A stretch of DNA of 64,000 nt, taken from positions 3,223-67,222 of the forward strand of contig CADCMR010000001.1 in NCBI GenBank assembly GCA_902802585.1. The letters run 5' to 3'. A model generated the notes under the pieces. The model was not told where the DNA came from and ran no database searches. It saw only the letters and a list, made by a program, of their open reading frames with translations. Positions 1 through 9,378 of the stretch are shown here, one piece after another; the stretch's first letter is position 1; each line of letters begins with the position of its first letter. The position numbers and the translations under genes were made by a program. The stretch is from an uncultured bacterium. GTDB lineage: Bacteria; Verrucomicrobiota; Lentisphaeria; Victivallales; UBA1829.

Positions 1-1363
1 CCGGCTGGGCGAACACGCGTCCGTAGGGCAGGTACACGCCCTGTTCCTTCCACTGGTCGTCCTTCAGCGCGGTCAGCTTCAGCGTCAGGACGCCGTCCGC
101 CTCCAAGGAGCGCTCCAGCTTGAGCGTCTGTCCGGTTTTCGGCTCAATGGCGGCGCGCATGGCGGGGTCGCCGTAGAACGCCACCACGTCGCGGTCGTAG
201 AGCAGCCCGAGCGCTTCCCTCTGTTCCTCCGAGTCCTTGAACCGGAGCCCGCGCAGGGAGTTCCCTGCGGTGCGCTGGAAGGTATCGTAGTCGGCGGTGT
301 TGAGCGTGACGCGGTTCCAGTCATGCTTGACCAGGTTCTCCACGATCCAGGAGTTCGTGAAGTGGAACGCTTCGTTGAACGAATAGTATCCGGGGTAGTC
401 GGTCAGCATCCCCTGCGCCGTCCAGCCCTGCCGCCCGAACCACGTCTCGATCGTGTAGCCCATGAGCTGGTATACGCCGAACGAATGGATCATGGCGGTC
501 GCCATGCAGGAATCCTGGCCGTGCGGGATGTTCCCGATCAGGCAGTTGCCGGCGGCGCACCAGATTTTCGGCGTCATGTCCTTGAACTCGGTCACGCGGC
601 CCTTCGTGTCGCGCGCGGCGAGTCCGCCCTTCCGGTCGATCAGGTACATGTTCGGGCTCAGGTAGCCGCTTGCCCAGTCGTGTTCGGAGGCGTGCCCGGA
701 GGTCATCATGATCTGGAATCCGCCGCCCTTTACGAGCTTGAGGAACTGCTCGGTGAAGTCCTTGTCGGCGCGCGTCTTTTCGTTGTCGTATTTCTTCGCC
801 GGATCGGTGATGCGGAGGTTGGTCTCCTGCGTCTCATCGAAGCTGTAGCAGCGCCGCATGAGCGAATGGTGGAACCCGCCGACCATGTCGAGCGCGTCGG
901 TGATGTCGATCGGCCCCTTGAACTCCGCCACGCGTTTGATGTCCGGGACGTCGTATCCGGTGATGATGCCCCAGAAGGTGTCGACGTACGGATCGGGCAG
1001 GATTTCGCGCGTCATGCGGGAGATTTCGCCCGTGAACTGGCGTCCGGCGAGCTCCTTCGGCGTCACGAAGCAGGTGTAGTACGGGAGCATTTCCTGAAGA
1101 CCGGGCAGCACCTCGCGGACATCCTTCTGGTACGTGAAGACTTTCGGACCGAGCGCGGCGTGTTTGGTCTTGAGCGCCTGAACCGCTGGATCCAGCTCGG
1201 GGTGGTCCGCCGGAACCACGATGGCGTAGCCGGGCGCTTTCGTCTGTGCCGTCGGACGGGCAGGGCGCTGGCGCTCTCCGCGGACCGTCGCGGAATGGAC
1301 CGCCGGAATGAGCGCGGCGGCGAGCAGAATAGCAGAAAGGAGTGGGATAAGTCGTGTTTTCAT
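1..1363 (-). CDS. Secreted protein, possible clan CD (C25/gingipain-like) cysteine peptidase; runs off the window start
   Basis: Not in the ORF track (no stop in window). Manual translation from ATG at 1363: MKTRLIPLLSAILLAAALIPAVHSA (signal peptide), then IMMTSGHASEH, IWCAAGNCLIG and VAFYGDPAM. GGAG RBS upstream. The ORF is well supported; the function is tentative. Confidence 0.6.
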   Translation of the reverse strand, partial: MKTRLIPLLSAILLAAALIPAVHSATVRGERQRPARPTAQTKAPGYAIVVPADHPELDPAVQALKTKHAALGPKVFTYQKDVREVLPGLQEMLPYYTCFVTPKELAGRQFTGEISRMTREILPDPYVDTFWGIITGYDVPDIKRVAEFKGPIDITDALDMVGGFHHSLMRRCYSFDETQETNLRITDPAKKYDNEKTRADKDFTEQFLKLVKGGGFQIMMTSGHASEHDWASGYLSPNMYLIDRKGGLAARDTKGRVTEFKDMTPKIWCAAGNCLIGNIPHGQDSCMATAMIHSFGVYQLMGYTIETWFGRQGWTAQGMLTDYPGYYSFNEAFHFTNSWIVENLVKHDWNRVTLNTADYDTFQRTAGNSLRGLRFKDSEEQREALGLLYDRDVVAFYGDPAMRAAIEPKTGQTLKLERSLEADGVLTLKLTALKDDQWKEQGVYLPYGRVFAQP

Positions 1364-1467
1364 GATGCCGGGGACTCCATGTGGAAACAGGCGCGTTCCC
1401 ACCTCAAAACGAAGTTGGGATATGTCCTGTATGTGATCAAAGATTGGTGGATTGCGGAACAGAAGGG

Positions 1468-2271
1468 TCAGTCCTCGTCCCCGTCGCGACGGTGCCCGAG
1501 GAAGAACCGGTACATCGCGCGGAGGAAGGGATTCTTAGGAAGGTCTTCGTCGTAGTCGTCGCTGATGATGGGAATCTCAAGCGGCTGTTCGTTCGCGAGA
1601 AGGCGTTTCGGGTTTTCCTCGAAGAGGATATTCGCGGTCTCCTCGCCGTAGTGTTCCATGATGAACTTTTTGCACTCGGTCTGGCGGAACGCGCGCGAGG
1701 TGGAGTGGGCATCGGAGGCGATGTAGTGGCACAGACCGTGGTCCAGCAGGTCAAGCGAGAACTTCTGGCAGCCGCGCCCGAAATCGCCGAGGATCGAGGC
1801 CGCCGTGAGCTGCATCGTGTAGCCGGCGTTGTAGATGTGGTGCACGTGGTCCCAGCTCTGGAAGAGGCGCTCGGGGTGCGCACAGATCGGATGGAATCCG
1901 GCGGAATGCGTGGAACGGCTGATGGCGTCGACGGAGGAGTCCATGCGGCTGCGGACGAAGTCGATGAGCATAAAGCTTGTCCCCGCGAGCCCCACGGCGT
2001 TTTCGTCCACCTGGAAGAGCTGGGGCAGGTTGTATTCGAGACCGCGGAGAAGCCTGATGCCGTATTCCGCCGCTTTCTCTTCGGTCGCGGCACGGATCTC
2101 GTCCATGCGTTTGATCTGGTCTCCGGCGGGCTGTTTCCCGTGCGGCGTGCAGATGATCGTGTCGATGCCGTCGGCCTGGGCGAGCTCGAACATCTTGACC
2201 GTCTCTTCCATGTCGGGCGAACCGTCGTCGCCGGGCACATTCGGCAGGATATGGCAGTGAATATCAATCAT
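1468..2271 (-). CDS. PHP-family tyrosine-protein phosphatase (CpsB/CapC/YwqE-like)
   Basis: MIDIHCHILP, TPH, HPER and ASDAHS motifs; directly downstream of a BY-kinase. Confidence 0.9.
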   Translation of the reverse strand: MIDIHCHILPNVPGDDGSPDMEETVKMFELAQADGIDTIICTPHGKQPAGDQIKRMDEIRAATEEKAAEYGIRLLRGLEYNLPQLFQVDENAVGLAGTSFMLIDFVRSRMDSSVDAISRSTHSAGFHPICAHPERLFQSWDHVHHIYNAGYTMQLTAASILGDFGRGCQKFSLDLLDHGLCHYIASDAHSTSRAFRQTECKKFIMEHYGEETANILFEENPKRLLANEQPLEIPIISDDYDEDLPKNPFLRAMYRFFLGHRRDGDED

Positions 2272-2318
2272 GGTTCAAACTCGGGGCGTTGTCTGTTGAT
2301 TGGATAATTGCCTGCGTC

Positions 2319-3998
2319 TTATTTGTCTTTCTTCTCTTTGTCGGAGTCGGTGCCCTCGGGCACGGCAGGCGACATGAGGGAGATGGTGCTTTCCTCTTTG
2401 GTGAGGACGGGTTCGGGACCTTTGCCTTTTTTCTTTTTCGACCTGTGGCTGTATCCGTAGCCATAGCCGTAACCATAGCCGTAACCATAGCCGTATCCGT
2501 AGCTGCCGTATCCGTAGCCGCCGTATTTCTTGCCGTAGCCATACCCGTAGCCATACCCGTATCCGTACCCGTAGCCATATCCGTAGGCTCCGGAGGACTG
2601 CGCGAACTGGTTCAGGATGATGCCGGAGATGTTGAGCTTGAGCTCTTTCAGGCGACCGACGAGGAGTTTCAGGGAACTGAGCGAGGTCTTGCGGGCGTTG
2701 ACCACGACAATGATGTCGTCGACCAGCTTGCCCAGCACGAGCGCGTCGGCGAGGATGGTCGCCGGCGGCGTGTCGATGATGATGTAGTCGTAGTCCTTTG
2801 CCTTTTCCGCTACGAATCCGCTGTCGGCGAACACTTCGATCAGGCGGAGCGGGTTCGGCGGGATCGGTCCGGGGGGAATCACATCGAGCTTGGTGCCGCT
2901 GATGCCGCGATGGACGACCTCGTCAAAGGTCTTTTTCCCGACGATGTAGTCGACCAGACCGACGGAGTGCGCCAGTCCGAAGTAGTCCGCGGAGTCGCCC
3001 TTGCGGATGTCGGCGTGGATCATGAGCACTTTCTTGTCCTTTTCCGCGAGGAGGAGGGAGAGATAGCTGGAAAGGAGAGTTTTACCTTCGTTCGGGGTGG
3101 AGCTGGTGACCATGATGACGTGAGCAGAATCCTTCTTCGGGCGCGAATACTGCAGGTTGGTCAGCAGGATCTGGAAGTCTTCGTAGAAGCTGTTGAAATT
3201 GTACGTGGTCTTGTCGTTCATCGCCACGTTCATCTTCTTGTCGTTGCGGTAAGCTTTGCGGCGTTTCAGTCGGACCATCGTGCCGAGCAGCGGGACCTGG
3301 AGCTCCTTGGTGATCTGGTCGGTCGAGGTGATGTGGTCACGCAGCATGGCGAAGAGTGTGAACATGCCGAAAAGGAACGCGCTGGAGAAGATGAACGCCA
3401 CGCCGGCCTTGAAGACGGGGCGGTTGCTGACCGGTCTTTCCTGGGGTTGCGGGACGTCGATGTTCCTGAGCTTGGAGATGCCGAGTTGCGATTTGATGGT
3501 GTCGAGGAAGACTTCATTGGTCACCGTGGCGGCGGCAAGCGCCATTTCCCTGGATTCGGAGAAGAAGGAACAGTCGATGAAGTGAGTTTTGCGGCTGAGC
3601 GTGATCTGCTTGGTGTAAGGGATTCCCTCAAGCGTCAGTTCGGGATATTCCAGGCTGAGCTGTGTCTTCACGCGGTCCGTCACGTAGCGGCTTGACATCA
3701 TCTTTTCATAGTCGTTCAGCATCTTGTCCGCCACGACCAGATCGCGGTCGATCATGTTCACTGTCTGAAGCTGTTCGCTGGTCCTGGACGTGGAAGACGT
3801 TGTGCCGGAGTCATCCGAGCTGCCCGCGTAGTCCCACGCGAACAGGGAGAAGTCCACGCGGTAGACCGGTTTCGCCACATATTTGAGGTAGACGAATGTG
3901 ATAGCGGCGCAGAAAATCCCGAACGCCAGCACATACTGATAGCGGCGTTTGAAAATACCCCACAAAAACGGGAAGTCGACATCACTTGGTTTGCGCAT
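2319..3998 (-). CDS. Bacterial tyrosine kinase (Wzc/CpsCD-type) with Wzz-like membrane domain and expanded Tyr cluster
   Basis: Two TM segments around a short periplasmic domain; Walker A SSTPNEGKT, A' variant IHADIR, Walker B IIIDTPP; C-terminal (YG)n tail. Confidence 0.9.
   Translation of the reverse strand: MRKPSDVDFPFLWGIFKRRYQYVLAFGIFCAAITFVYLKYVAKPVYRVDFSLFAWDYAGSSDDSGTTSSTSRTSEQLQTVNMIDRDLVVADKMLNDYEKMMSSRYVTDRVKTQLSLEYPELTLEGIPYTKQITLSRKTHFIDCSFFSESREMALAAATVTNEVFLDTIKSQLGISKLRNIDVPQPQERPVSNRPVFKAGVAFIFSSAFLFGMFTLFAMLRDHITSTDQITKELQVPLLGTMVRLKRRKAYRNDKKMNVAMNDKTTYNFNSFYEDFQILLTNLQYSRPKKDSAHVIMVTSSTPNEGKTLLSSYLSLLLAEKDKKVLMIHADIRKGDSADYFGLAHSVGLVDYIVGKKTFDEVVHRGISGTKLDVIPPGPIPPNPLRLIEVFADSGFVAEKAKDYDYIIIDTPPATILADALVLGKLVDDIIVVVNARKTSLSSLKLLVGRLKELKLNISGIILNQFAQSSGAYGYGYGYGYGYGYGYGYGKKYGGYGYGSYGYGYGYGYGYGYGYGYSHRSKKKKGKGPEPVLTKEESTISLMSPAVPEGTDSDKEKKDK
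2451..2586 (-). repeat. Coding (Tyr-Gly)n dipeptide repeat, 21 Tyr
   Basis: TAC/TAT-GGN hexamer run encoding (YG)9-KK-YGGYGYGS-(YG)8-Y. Confidence 0.95.
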
Positions 3999-4053
3999 TG
4001 TTGGAAAACCCTTTCAGGCTGTTTTATGGCATGTGAAAAAAGCTGTTTATATT

Positions 4054-4082
4054 AATATAACGCGCGCATGATGTTTTTTCAA
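4054..4082 (-). promoter_or_regulatory. Sigma70-type promoter of the kinase/phosphatase operon
   Basis: TTGAAA-17nt-TATATT on the minus strand. Confidence 0.6.
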
Positions 4083-4179
4083 GTATTCCGCGAACTTATT
4101 TGTGGAAAATAAGGTGAAAACGCGCTAGTCTTCCACCATCGCTGGATTCGCGGTTTTGTCCGGACGGACGGAATGGTTC

Positions 4180-4887
4180 TTATGCTTCCGGATCGTACAG
4201 GAAAAATGAACAATTGTCGCATTGCACCAGATTCCCGTTTTTCGCTTCCATCACGGTCTGCGGAGAATTCTTCATGTTGCAGTTCGAACAGCTCCCGTTG
4301 CGGATGGTTCCAACCGGACTGCCCTTGCCCGAGGCAAGCAGCCTGCGGTAGGGCTCCAGATAGATCGGCACGACGTTTTTCGCGAGTTCGGCGGACTTTT
4401 CTTCCTTTTCCGCGATTTCCTTCGCGATCGCTTCCTTGAGGGAATCCAGCTCGCGGACTTCCGCCTGGACTGTCCGGCCCGTTGCCTTGTAGGTGCGCTC
4501 CGCCTTTGCCAGCAGCTTGTCGGCAGCCTCCTGTTCGTCCATGAGTTCGATCTCGCGCGTTTCGGAGTCGGAGATATTCTTCTTCGCGGTTTCGATTTCC
4601 GCGAGGATGGCGTTGTATTCGTTGATTTTCTTGACCGAGGTGGACTTGATCATCAGCGCCTGAAGGTTCTCCTGCGCCGCCTTCGTGGCGGCCGCCTGCT
4701 GCTTGACCGCCTGCTCGACTTTCAGCTTGTTCTGCTTCGCCTTTTCCAGCCCTTTGCGCACGACATCGAACTCCGCGACGAGCGCGGCGCGTTCGCGCGG
4801 GATGGACATGAGCCGTGTCTTGAGTTCGCGGATGCGCAGGTCTTCCGCCTGCAGGATCAGCAGATCCTTGATCGCCTGTTTCACCAT
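4180..4887 (-). CDS. Coiled-coil protein with C4 zinc ribbon (DUF164/CT398-like)
   Basis: Long coiled coil followed by C-terminal CSNC...CDNC. Confidence 0.85.
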   Translation of the reverse strand: MVKQAIKDLLILQAEDLRIRELKTRLMSIPRERAALVAEFDVVRKGLEKAKQNKLKVEQAVKQQAAATKAAQENLQALMIKSTSVKKINEYNAILAEIETAKKNISDSETREIELMDEQEAADKLLAKAERTYKATGRTVQAEVRELDSLKEAIAKEIAEKEEKSAELAKNVVPIYLEPYRRLLASGKGSPVGTIRNGSCSNCNMKNSPQTVMEAKNGNLVQCDNCSFFLYDPEA

Positions 4888-4917
4888 AGTTCAGTCTCCT
4901 GTTTGTGTTTTTTCACT

Positions 4918-4945
4918 AATATAGCCGTCCTTTTCCCAACATCAA
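4918..4945 (-). promoter_or_regulatory. Sigma70-type promoter
   Basis: TTGATG-16nt-TATATT upstream of the zinc-ribbon gene. Confidence 0.5.
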
Positions 4946-4986
4946 GCGGAAAAGAAAAAGTTTTGACGATTTTTCTTTTGCTCCAT

Positions 4987-5020
4987 AAAAAAAACGCGCC
5001 TCCGGCGAGGAAGGCGCGTT
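4987..5020 (-). terminator. Intrinsic terminator after nfo
   Basis: AACGCGCCT/AGGCGCGTT stem followed by a T-tract on the minus strand. Confidence 0.75.
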
Positions 5021-5052
5021 CTGGATCGTTGAATTGTGCTTTTCCGGCAGGT

Positions 5053-5889
5053 TCAGCGCGCTTCGGATGCCCTCATCCGGGCAATCTCCGCCGCGTAGCC
5101 GTCCAGCTCGTTCGGCGTTTCGAGCTCAATCGGGAGACCACGTACCGGTTCCAGCGATACGAAGCGTGCGAGAGCCTCGAATCCGATCTCGCCCTCGTCG
5201 AGCCTCGCGTGGCGGTCCTTGTGCGACCCGAACGGCATCATGGAGTCGTTCAGGTGAATGGCTTTCAGACGGTCGAGCCCGACGATCCGGTCGAACTCCT
5301 CCAGCACGGCTTCCGGCTCGTTCACGATGTCGTATCCGGCGCAGAAGACGTGGCAGGTATCCAGGCAGACGCCAAGCAGGTCGCCGTATTTGGAACGCGA
5401 CATGATTTCCGACAGTTCTTCGAATCTTGAACCGACCTCGGATCCCTTGCCGGACATCGTTTCCAGCAGCACCACCGGTTTCAAGTCCCGGTCCATGACC
5501 AGGTCCAGCGTCTCCGCGATCAGCTCAATGCCGCGTTCGACCCCCTGTCCGACATGGCTGCCCGGATGGAAGTTGTAGTAGACGCGGTCCACAGGGAACC
5601 GATCCAGCAACTCCAGGTCGCTGCGCATGACCTCCCGCGCGAACCGCAGGGTGTTTTCAACAGCCGCGCATGGGTTCAACGTGTACGGGGCGTGCGCGAC
5701 CGCGGGCGCGAAATCGTGTTCGCGCAGAAAAACGCCGAGTTCGGCGAGTTCCTCGTCCGGCGGAACGCGTCCCGATCCGCCGCGCGGATTGCGCGTGAAA
5801 AACTGGAACGTGTCGGCGCCTACGGCAAGCGCGTCCGCGCAGAGCTGGCGGTAGCCGCCCGCCACGGACAAATGACAGCCTATGTGCAT
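5053..5889 (-). CDS. nfo: Endonuclease IV (AP endonuclease)
   Basis: MHIGCHLS, FTRNPR, HAPY, FHPGSH, LETMSGKGSE, CLDTCH, HLNDS, DRHA motifs; start moved to MHIG. Confidence 0.95.
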   Translation of the reverse strand: MHIGCHLSVAGGYRQLCADALAVGADTFQFFTRNPRGGSGRVPPDEELAELGVFLREHDFAPAVAHAPYTLNPCAAVENTLRFAREVMRSDLELLDRFPVDRVYYNFHPGSHVGQGVERGIELIAETLDLVMDRDLKPVVLLETMSGKGSEVGSRFEELSEIMSRSKYGDLLGVCLDTCHVFCAGYDIVNEPEAVLEEFDRIVGLDRLKAIHLNDSMMPFGSHKDRHARLDEGEIGFEALARFVSLEPVRGLPIELETPNELDGYAAEIARMRASEAR

Positions 5890-5934
5890 GATTACCGGTC
5901 CTTTTTGAAAAAACATCCTGTTTCGGAAAGCGTC

Positions 5935-5974
5935 AAAAAAACGGAAGACAGCGGGATGAACCGCCGTCTTCCGT
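5935..5974 (-). terminator. Intrinsic terminator after the pilin-like gene
   Basis: ACGGAAGAC/GTCTTCCGT stem with T-tract on the minus strand. Confidence 0.75.
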
Positions 5975-6028
5975 GAATACTCATTTCATGCGGTGGGGAC
6001 ACCGCATGAATTCAAGCTTCAAACAAGA

Positions 6029-6625
6029 TTATTTGAACTTGTAATCGGGAGTCGCGGGAGAACCTTCGACCTTGAGGTCCTTCGTGACTTTCCACCAGCC
6101 GTTGGTGTCGCCGGAACCGGCACTGTTCGCAACGCCGACGGAACCGTCGCCGCGGACGAAACGACCGGTGGAGCTGTGGTTGTCAGCGCCGTCAGCGCAG
6201 ACCGGGGAGATGGTGGCGTTGCCGCCCATGAGGGCGTCGACCCAGTTGTAGGAGACGTTGGAGGAGTCGAGAACCTTGTTCGGCTGCGCGGTGGTCATGC
6301 CGCCCTTGGAGGGGCAGAGGAAGCCCTTCGGGTCGGTCAGGAGATCCTGGGAGCGGAGGAGGTCGAGGTCCTGATAGCTGTTGCCGGCCATCCATTTCGG
6401 CTTCGGGCTCTTGCCGGTCTGGGTGGTGGGATAGTAGTCATCATAGCTCATGGCATACTGGAAGAAGGCTTTGCCGATCTGGGAAAGCTTGCTGGTGCAG
6501 TCTGCCTGTTTGGCTTTTTCCTTGGCCTGGTTGAGGGCGGGGAGGAGCATGCCGGCGAGGATGGCGATGATCGCGATCACGACGAGGAGCTCGATCAGGG
6601 TGAAGCCTTTGTCTTTTTGTTTCAT
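6029..6625 (-). CDS. PVC-type prepilin-like protein (N-methylation motif, H-X9-DG domain)
   Basis: [26 protein letters not shown]; C-terminal [12 protein letters not shown]. Confidence 0.85.
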   Translation of the reverse strand: MKQKDKGFTLIELLVVIAIIAILAGMLLPALNQAKEKAKQADCTSKLSQIGKAFFQYAMSYDDYYPTTQTGKSPKPKWMAGNSYQDLDLLRSQDLLTDPKGFLCPSKGGMTTAQPNKVLDSSNVSYNWVDALMGGNATISPVCADGADNHSSTGRFVRGDGSVGVANSAGSGDTNGWWKVTKDLKVEGSPATPDYKFK

Positions 6626-6703
6626 GATTTTGTGTCCTTTATGGTTGGTTGTGAAACAAGAATGTTAAACGAAATTGTATGTCTTTGGAAAATTGCACCT
6701 ATT

Positions 6704-6732
6704 ATTATACCTCATGTTGCGAAAAATGACAA
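6704..6732 (-). promoter_or_regulatory. Sigma70-type promoter of the pilin-like gene
   Basis: TTGTCA-17nt-TATAAT. Confidence 0.65.
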
Positions 6733-6784
6733 GAGGAAAAGTATCGAAATGGCGATTTTTTTTGAAAAAAAGGGGATTTTTCCT

Positions 6785-7438
6785 TTATTCTCCATTATTT
6801 GCATCCATGATAGTTCTTTTTAGCGCATCCATCGACGCGCAGACCGCGTCCGGTCGGATTTTGTCCGGCGCGCCGTATCCCCAGTTGCAGTACGCGGTGC
6901 GGAATCCGGCGGCGTGACCCGAGTCGATGTCCGTCCAGTTGTCGCCGACCATCCACGATCCGGCGGCGTCCGTGCCAGTCTTTTCCAAAATATGACGCAA
7001 AGCATCTGGTTCGGGTTTCAGCGGGAATCCGGAATCGGCGCCGACCACGGCGGAGAAAAGCGTGTCGATGCCGAGCCCTTTCAAAATAAAACATGTGGAG
7101 CCGTAGGGCTTGTTCGTGAAGACGGCGAGACGGAATCCGGCGGCTTTTAATGCGTCCAGCGTTTCCGGGACGCCGGGATAGAGACGCGTTTCGTCGATGA
7201 GATGCGTGTCGTATTCGTGGCGGTACCGCCGGAACGCCTCGTCCGGATCAATGCCGGGCGTATCCGCCAGCGCCCGCGCCACCAGGACACGCGCGCCGTT
7301 GCCGACCATGCGGACGACGGATTCGCGCGGGAGTTCTTTCAGCCCGAAGGAAACGCGCATACGGTTGACGGCGGCTCCGATGTCCGCGGCGGAGTCGATC
7401 AGCGTGCCGTCCATGTCGAACGCGACGACGGCGTTCAC
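6785..7438 (-). CDS. gph: HAD-family hydrolase, phosphoglycolate phosphatase-like
   Basis: FDMDGTLIDS, LYPGV, KPEP and MVGD motifs; start overlaps the tsaD stop. Confidence 0.8.
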   Translation of the reverse strand: MNAVVAFDMDGTLIDSAADIGAAVNRMRVSFGLKELPRESVVRMVGNGARVLVARALADTPGIDPDEAFRRYRHEYDTHLIDETRLYPGVPETLDALKAAGFRLAVFTNKPYGSTCFILKGLGIDTLFSAVVGADSGFPLKPEPDALRHILEKTGTDAAGSWMVGDNWTDIDSGHAAGFRTAYCNWGYGAPDKIRPDAVCASMDALKRTIMDANNGE

Positions 7439-8523
7439 GGCTGAACCTTGTCGAACCAGATCGGGATGGTCTGGTTGAGCGGCAGGCGCGCCTGCGCGTC
7501 AAGTTCCGGCTCCGCGACCACGCCGCGTTTCCAGTAATGCCAGCCCAGTCCGCCGACCATGGCGGCATTGTCCGTGCAGTATTTTTTGAGCGGGAGAACA
7601 GCACGGTAGCGGGCGGGGACGGTTGCCTGAAAGCGTTCGCGCAGCGCGCCGTTGCAGGCGACGCCGCCGGCGAGCACGATGGAGCGGACGTTGAAATATT
7701 GCGCGGCGTCGAACGCCTTCCGGCAGAGCACGTCCACGATCGCCTCCTGATAGGACGCGAGGATGTCGAACAGCACCTGGTCGCGGATGTTCTCCACGCC
7801 GCCGAGGTTTTTCACGTGGTAGAGCAGCGCGGTCTTCACGCCGCTGAAACTGAAGTGGAAGCGGTTTTCCGGCGCAACGGGCTTGCCGGACGACGGCGTC
7901 AGAGAACGCGGGAAGTTCACCGCGTGCGGGTCGCCGTTCTTCGCGAGGCGTTCGATCACCGGACCGCCGGGGTAGCCGAGGTCCAGGATCTTCGCCGCCT
8001 TGTCGAACGCTTCGCCCGCGGCGTCGTCGAGCGTGGTCCCGGCGAGCGTCATCTTTCCGTCGCTTCCGACCACGACCAGCGCGGTATGGCCGCCGGAGAC
8101 GACCACGGCGAGCATCGGGAAGAGGTCCGGGTCGCCGAAGACGATGGAATCCTGTTCGAGGAACGCACCGTAGATGTGCGCGGAGAAATGGTTGATCGGG
8201 ATCAGCGGCAGGTTGTGCGAGGCGGCGATTCCCTTGGCGAAATTGAGCCCGACGAGCAGCGCCGGGATCAGACCGGGCGCGTGCGTCACCGCCACTGCGT
8301 CGAGGTCGTCGAGCGTCACGCCCGCCGACTTCAGCGCCTCGTCCAGCGTGGGGCAGACGGCAGTCAGGTGGGCGCGTGCGGCGAGTTCCGGGATGACGCC
8401 GCCGTACGGGGCGTGTTTTGCGATTTGGGACGCCACGGCGTTGGACAGGACCTTTTTTCCGTCCTCCACGACCGCCACGGCGGTTTCGTCGCAGCTGGAT
8501 TCGATTCCCAGAATCAGGCTCAT
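7435..8523 (-). CDS. tsaD: tRNA N6-threonylcarbamoyltransferase TsaD
   Basis: ILGIESSCDET, PELAARAH, HFSAH, VSGGHT, DDAAGEAFDK, CTDNAAM. Confidence 0.97.
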   Translation of the reverse strand: MSLILGIESSCDETAVAVVEDGKKVLSNAVASQIAKHAPYGGVIPELAARAHLTAVCPTLDEALKSAGVTLDDLDAVAVTHAPGLIPALLVGLNFAKGIAASHNLPLIPINHFSAHIYGAFLEQDSIVFGDPDLFPMLAVVVSGGHTALVVVGSDGKMTLAGTTLDDAAGEAFDKAAKILDLGYPGGPVIERLAKNGDPHAVNFPRSLTPSSGKPVAPENRFHFSFSGVKTALLYHVKNLGGVENIRDQVLFDILASYQEAIVDVLCRKAFDAAQYFNVRSIVLAGGVACNGALRERFQATVPARYRAVLPLKKYCTDNAAMVGGLGWHYWKRGVVAEPELDAQARLPLNQTIPIWFDKVQP

Positions 8524-8578
8524 ATTTGTCTGCCTCGCGTTATTCCAATATGATTATTTTGTTCACATGCAATCAATT

Positions 8579-8607
8579 AATATAGCATTTGCCGAGGCGG
8601 AAATCAA
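8579..8607 (-). promoter_or_regulatory. Sigma70-type promoter of tsaD-gph
   Basis: TTGATT-17nt-TATATT with extended -10 TG. Confidence 0.6.
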
Positions 8608-8654
8608 GCCGGAACGCGAAAAAGCGCGCGGAATCCGACGTTCCATGCGAAGGT

Positions 8655-9140
8655 TCAGTCCGCCGCGTCCGTTGTCGATGCCGGGCTGGAAACTGTTTCC
8701 GTCTGTGCCGAAGCGTCCGCTGTCTGCTGCTTGAACAGGAATCCGTAGGGGATCAGAATCAGGATTGCCAGTACGGTGATCGAAAGTGCGCGCAAGACCG
8801 GAACGGGCAGACCGAAAAGCGGCGGGCGGTTCTGTTCGATGCGCTCTGCGGAATCGTCCCACAGCAGGCCGGGCAGGACGCCCGCAATTCCCGCCAGAAT
8901 TTCAATCCATGTTCCGGCGCTGGAGTCGTTCAGCCAGTCCGCCGCGCCTCCGAAGCCCGGCAGGCACAGGAGCACGAACATCAGCGCCGGGACGGTGCAG
9001 AGCGTGCCCCAGAGCATCAGCCATGGGAGAAGCGAACGGTATTCCTTCCGCACGGTACGGCGCAGGATCGCCGCCGCGGGGATCGAGATCAATGCCAGCA
9101 GCAGTGTCGGGAGAAGGCTCGGATGAAAAGGCAGGTCCAT
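8655..9140 (-). CDS. Hypothetical integral membrane protein (about 4 TM)
   Basis: Four hydrophobic segments; same strand as its neighbours. Confidence 0.6.
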   Translation of the reverse strand: MDLPFHPSLLPTLLLALISIPAAAILRRTVRKEYRSLLPWLMLWGTLCTVPALMFVLLCLPGFGGAADWLNDSSAGTWIEILAGIAGVLPGLLWDDSAERIEQNRPPLFGLPVPVLRALSITVLAILILIPYGFLFKQQTADASAQTETVSSPASTTDAAD

Positions 9141-9179
9141 GGTCTGGTTCGGTCGGGGCGGAACAATTTAAAAATAAGT

Positions 9180-9220
9180 GAGGCGGCAGGGAAAAAGGGA
9201 GGGTAAAACCCTGCTGCCTC
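9180..9220. terminator. Stem-loop downstream of the cstA-AKR gene, possible terminator
   Basis: GAGGCGGCAGGG / CCCTGCTGCCTC inverted repeat (12 bp, one G-T pair). Confidence 0.4.
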
Positions 9221-9378
9221 AGGAGTGCGGATTCTGGAATGATGCCCCGGTGCGATATCGAAGACCGGGACATTCTGCTATATACTTTACGCTTTTATTG
9301 TGAAAAAATCAAGTCGCTTTCAGGAAAAAGCGGAAAAAACGCGCCCCGTCGGGAAACGGAGCGCGGGATGGATGCGGC

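Noticed and set aside
2451-2586. Short periodic DNA repeat as a non-coding array
   Set aside because: Fully explained by the Tyr-Gly codons of the kinase tail, with synonymous variation
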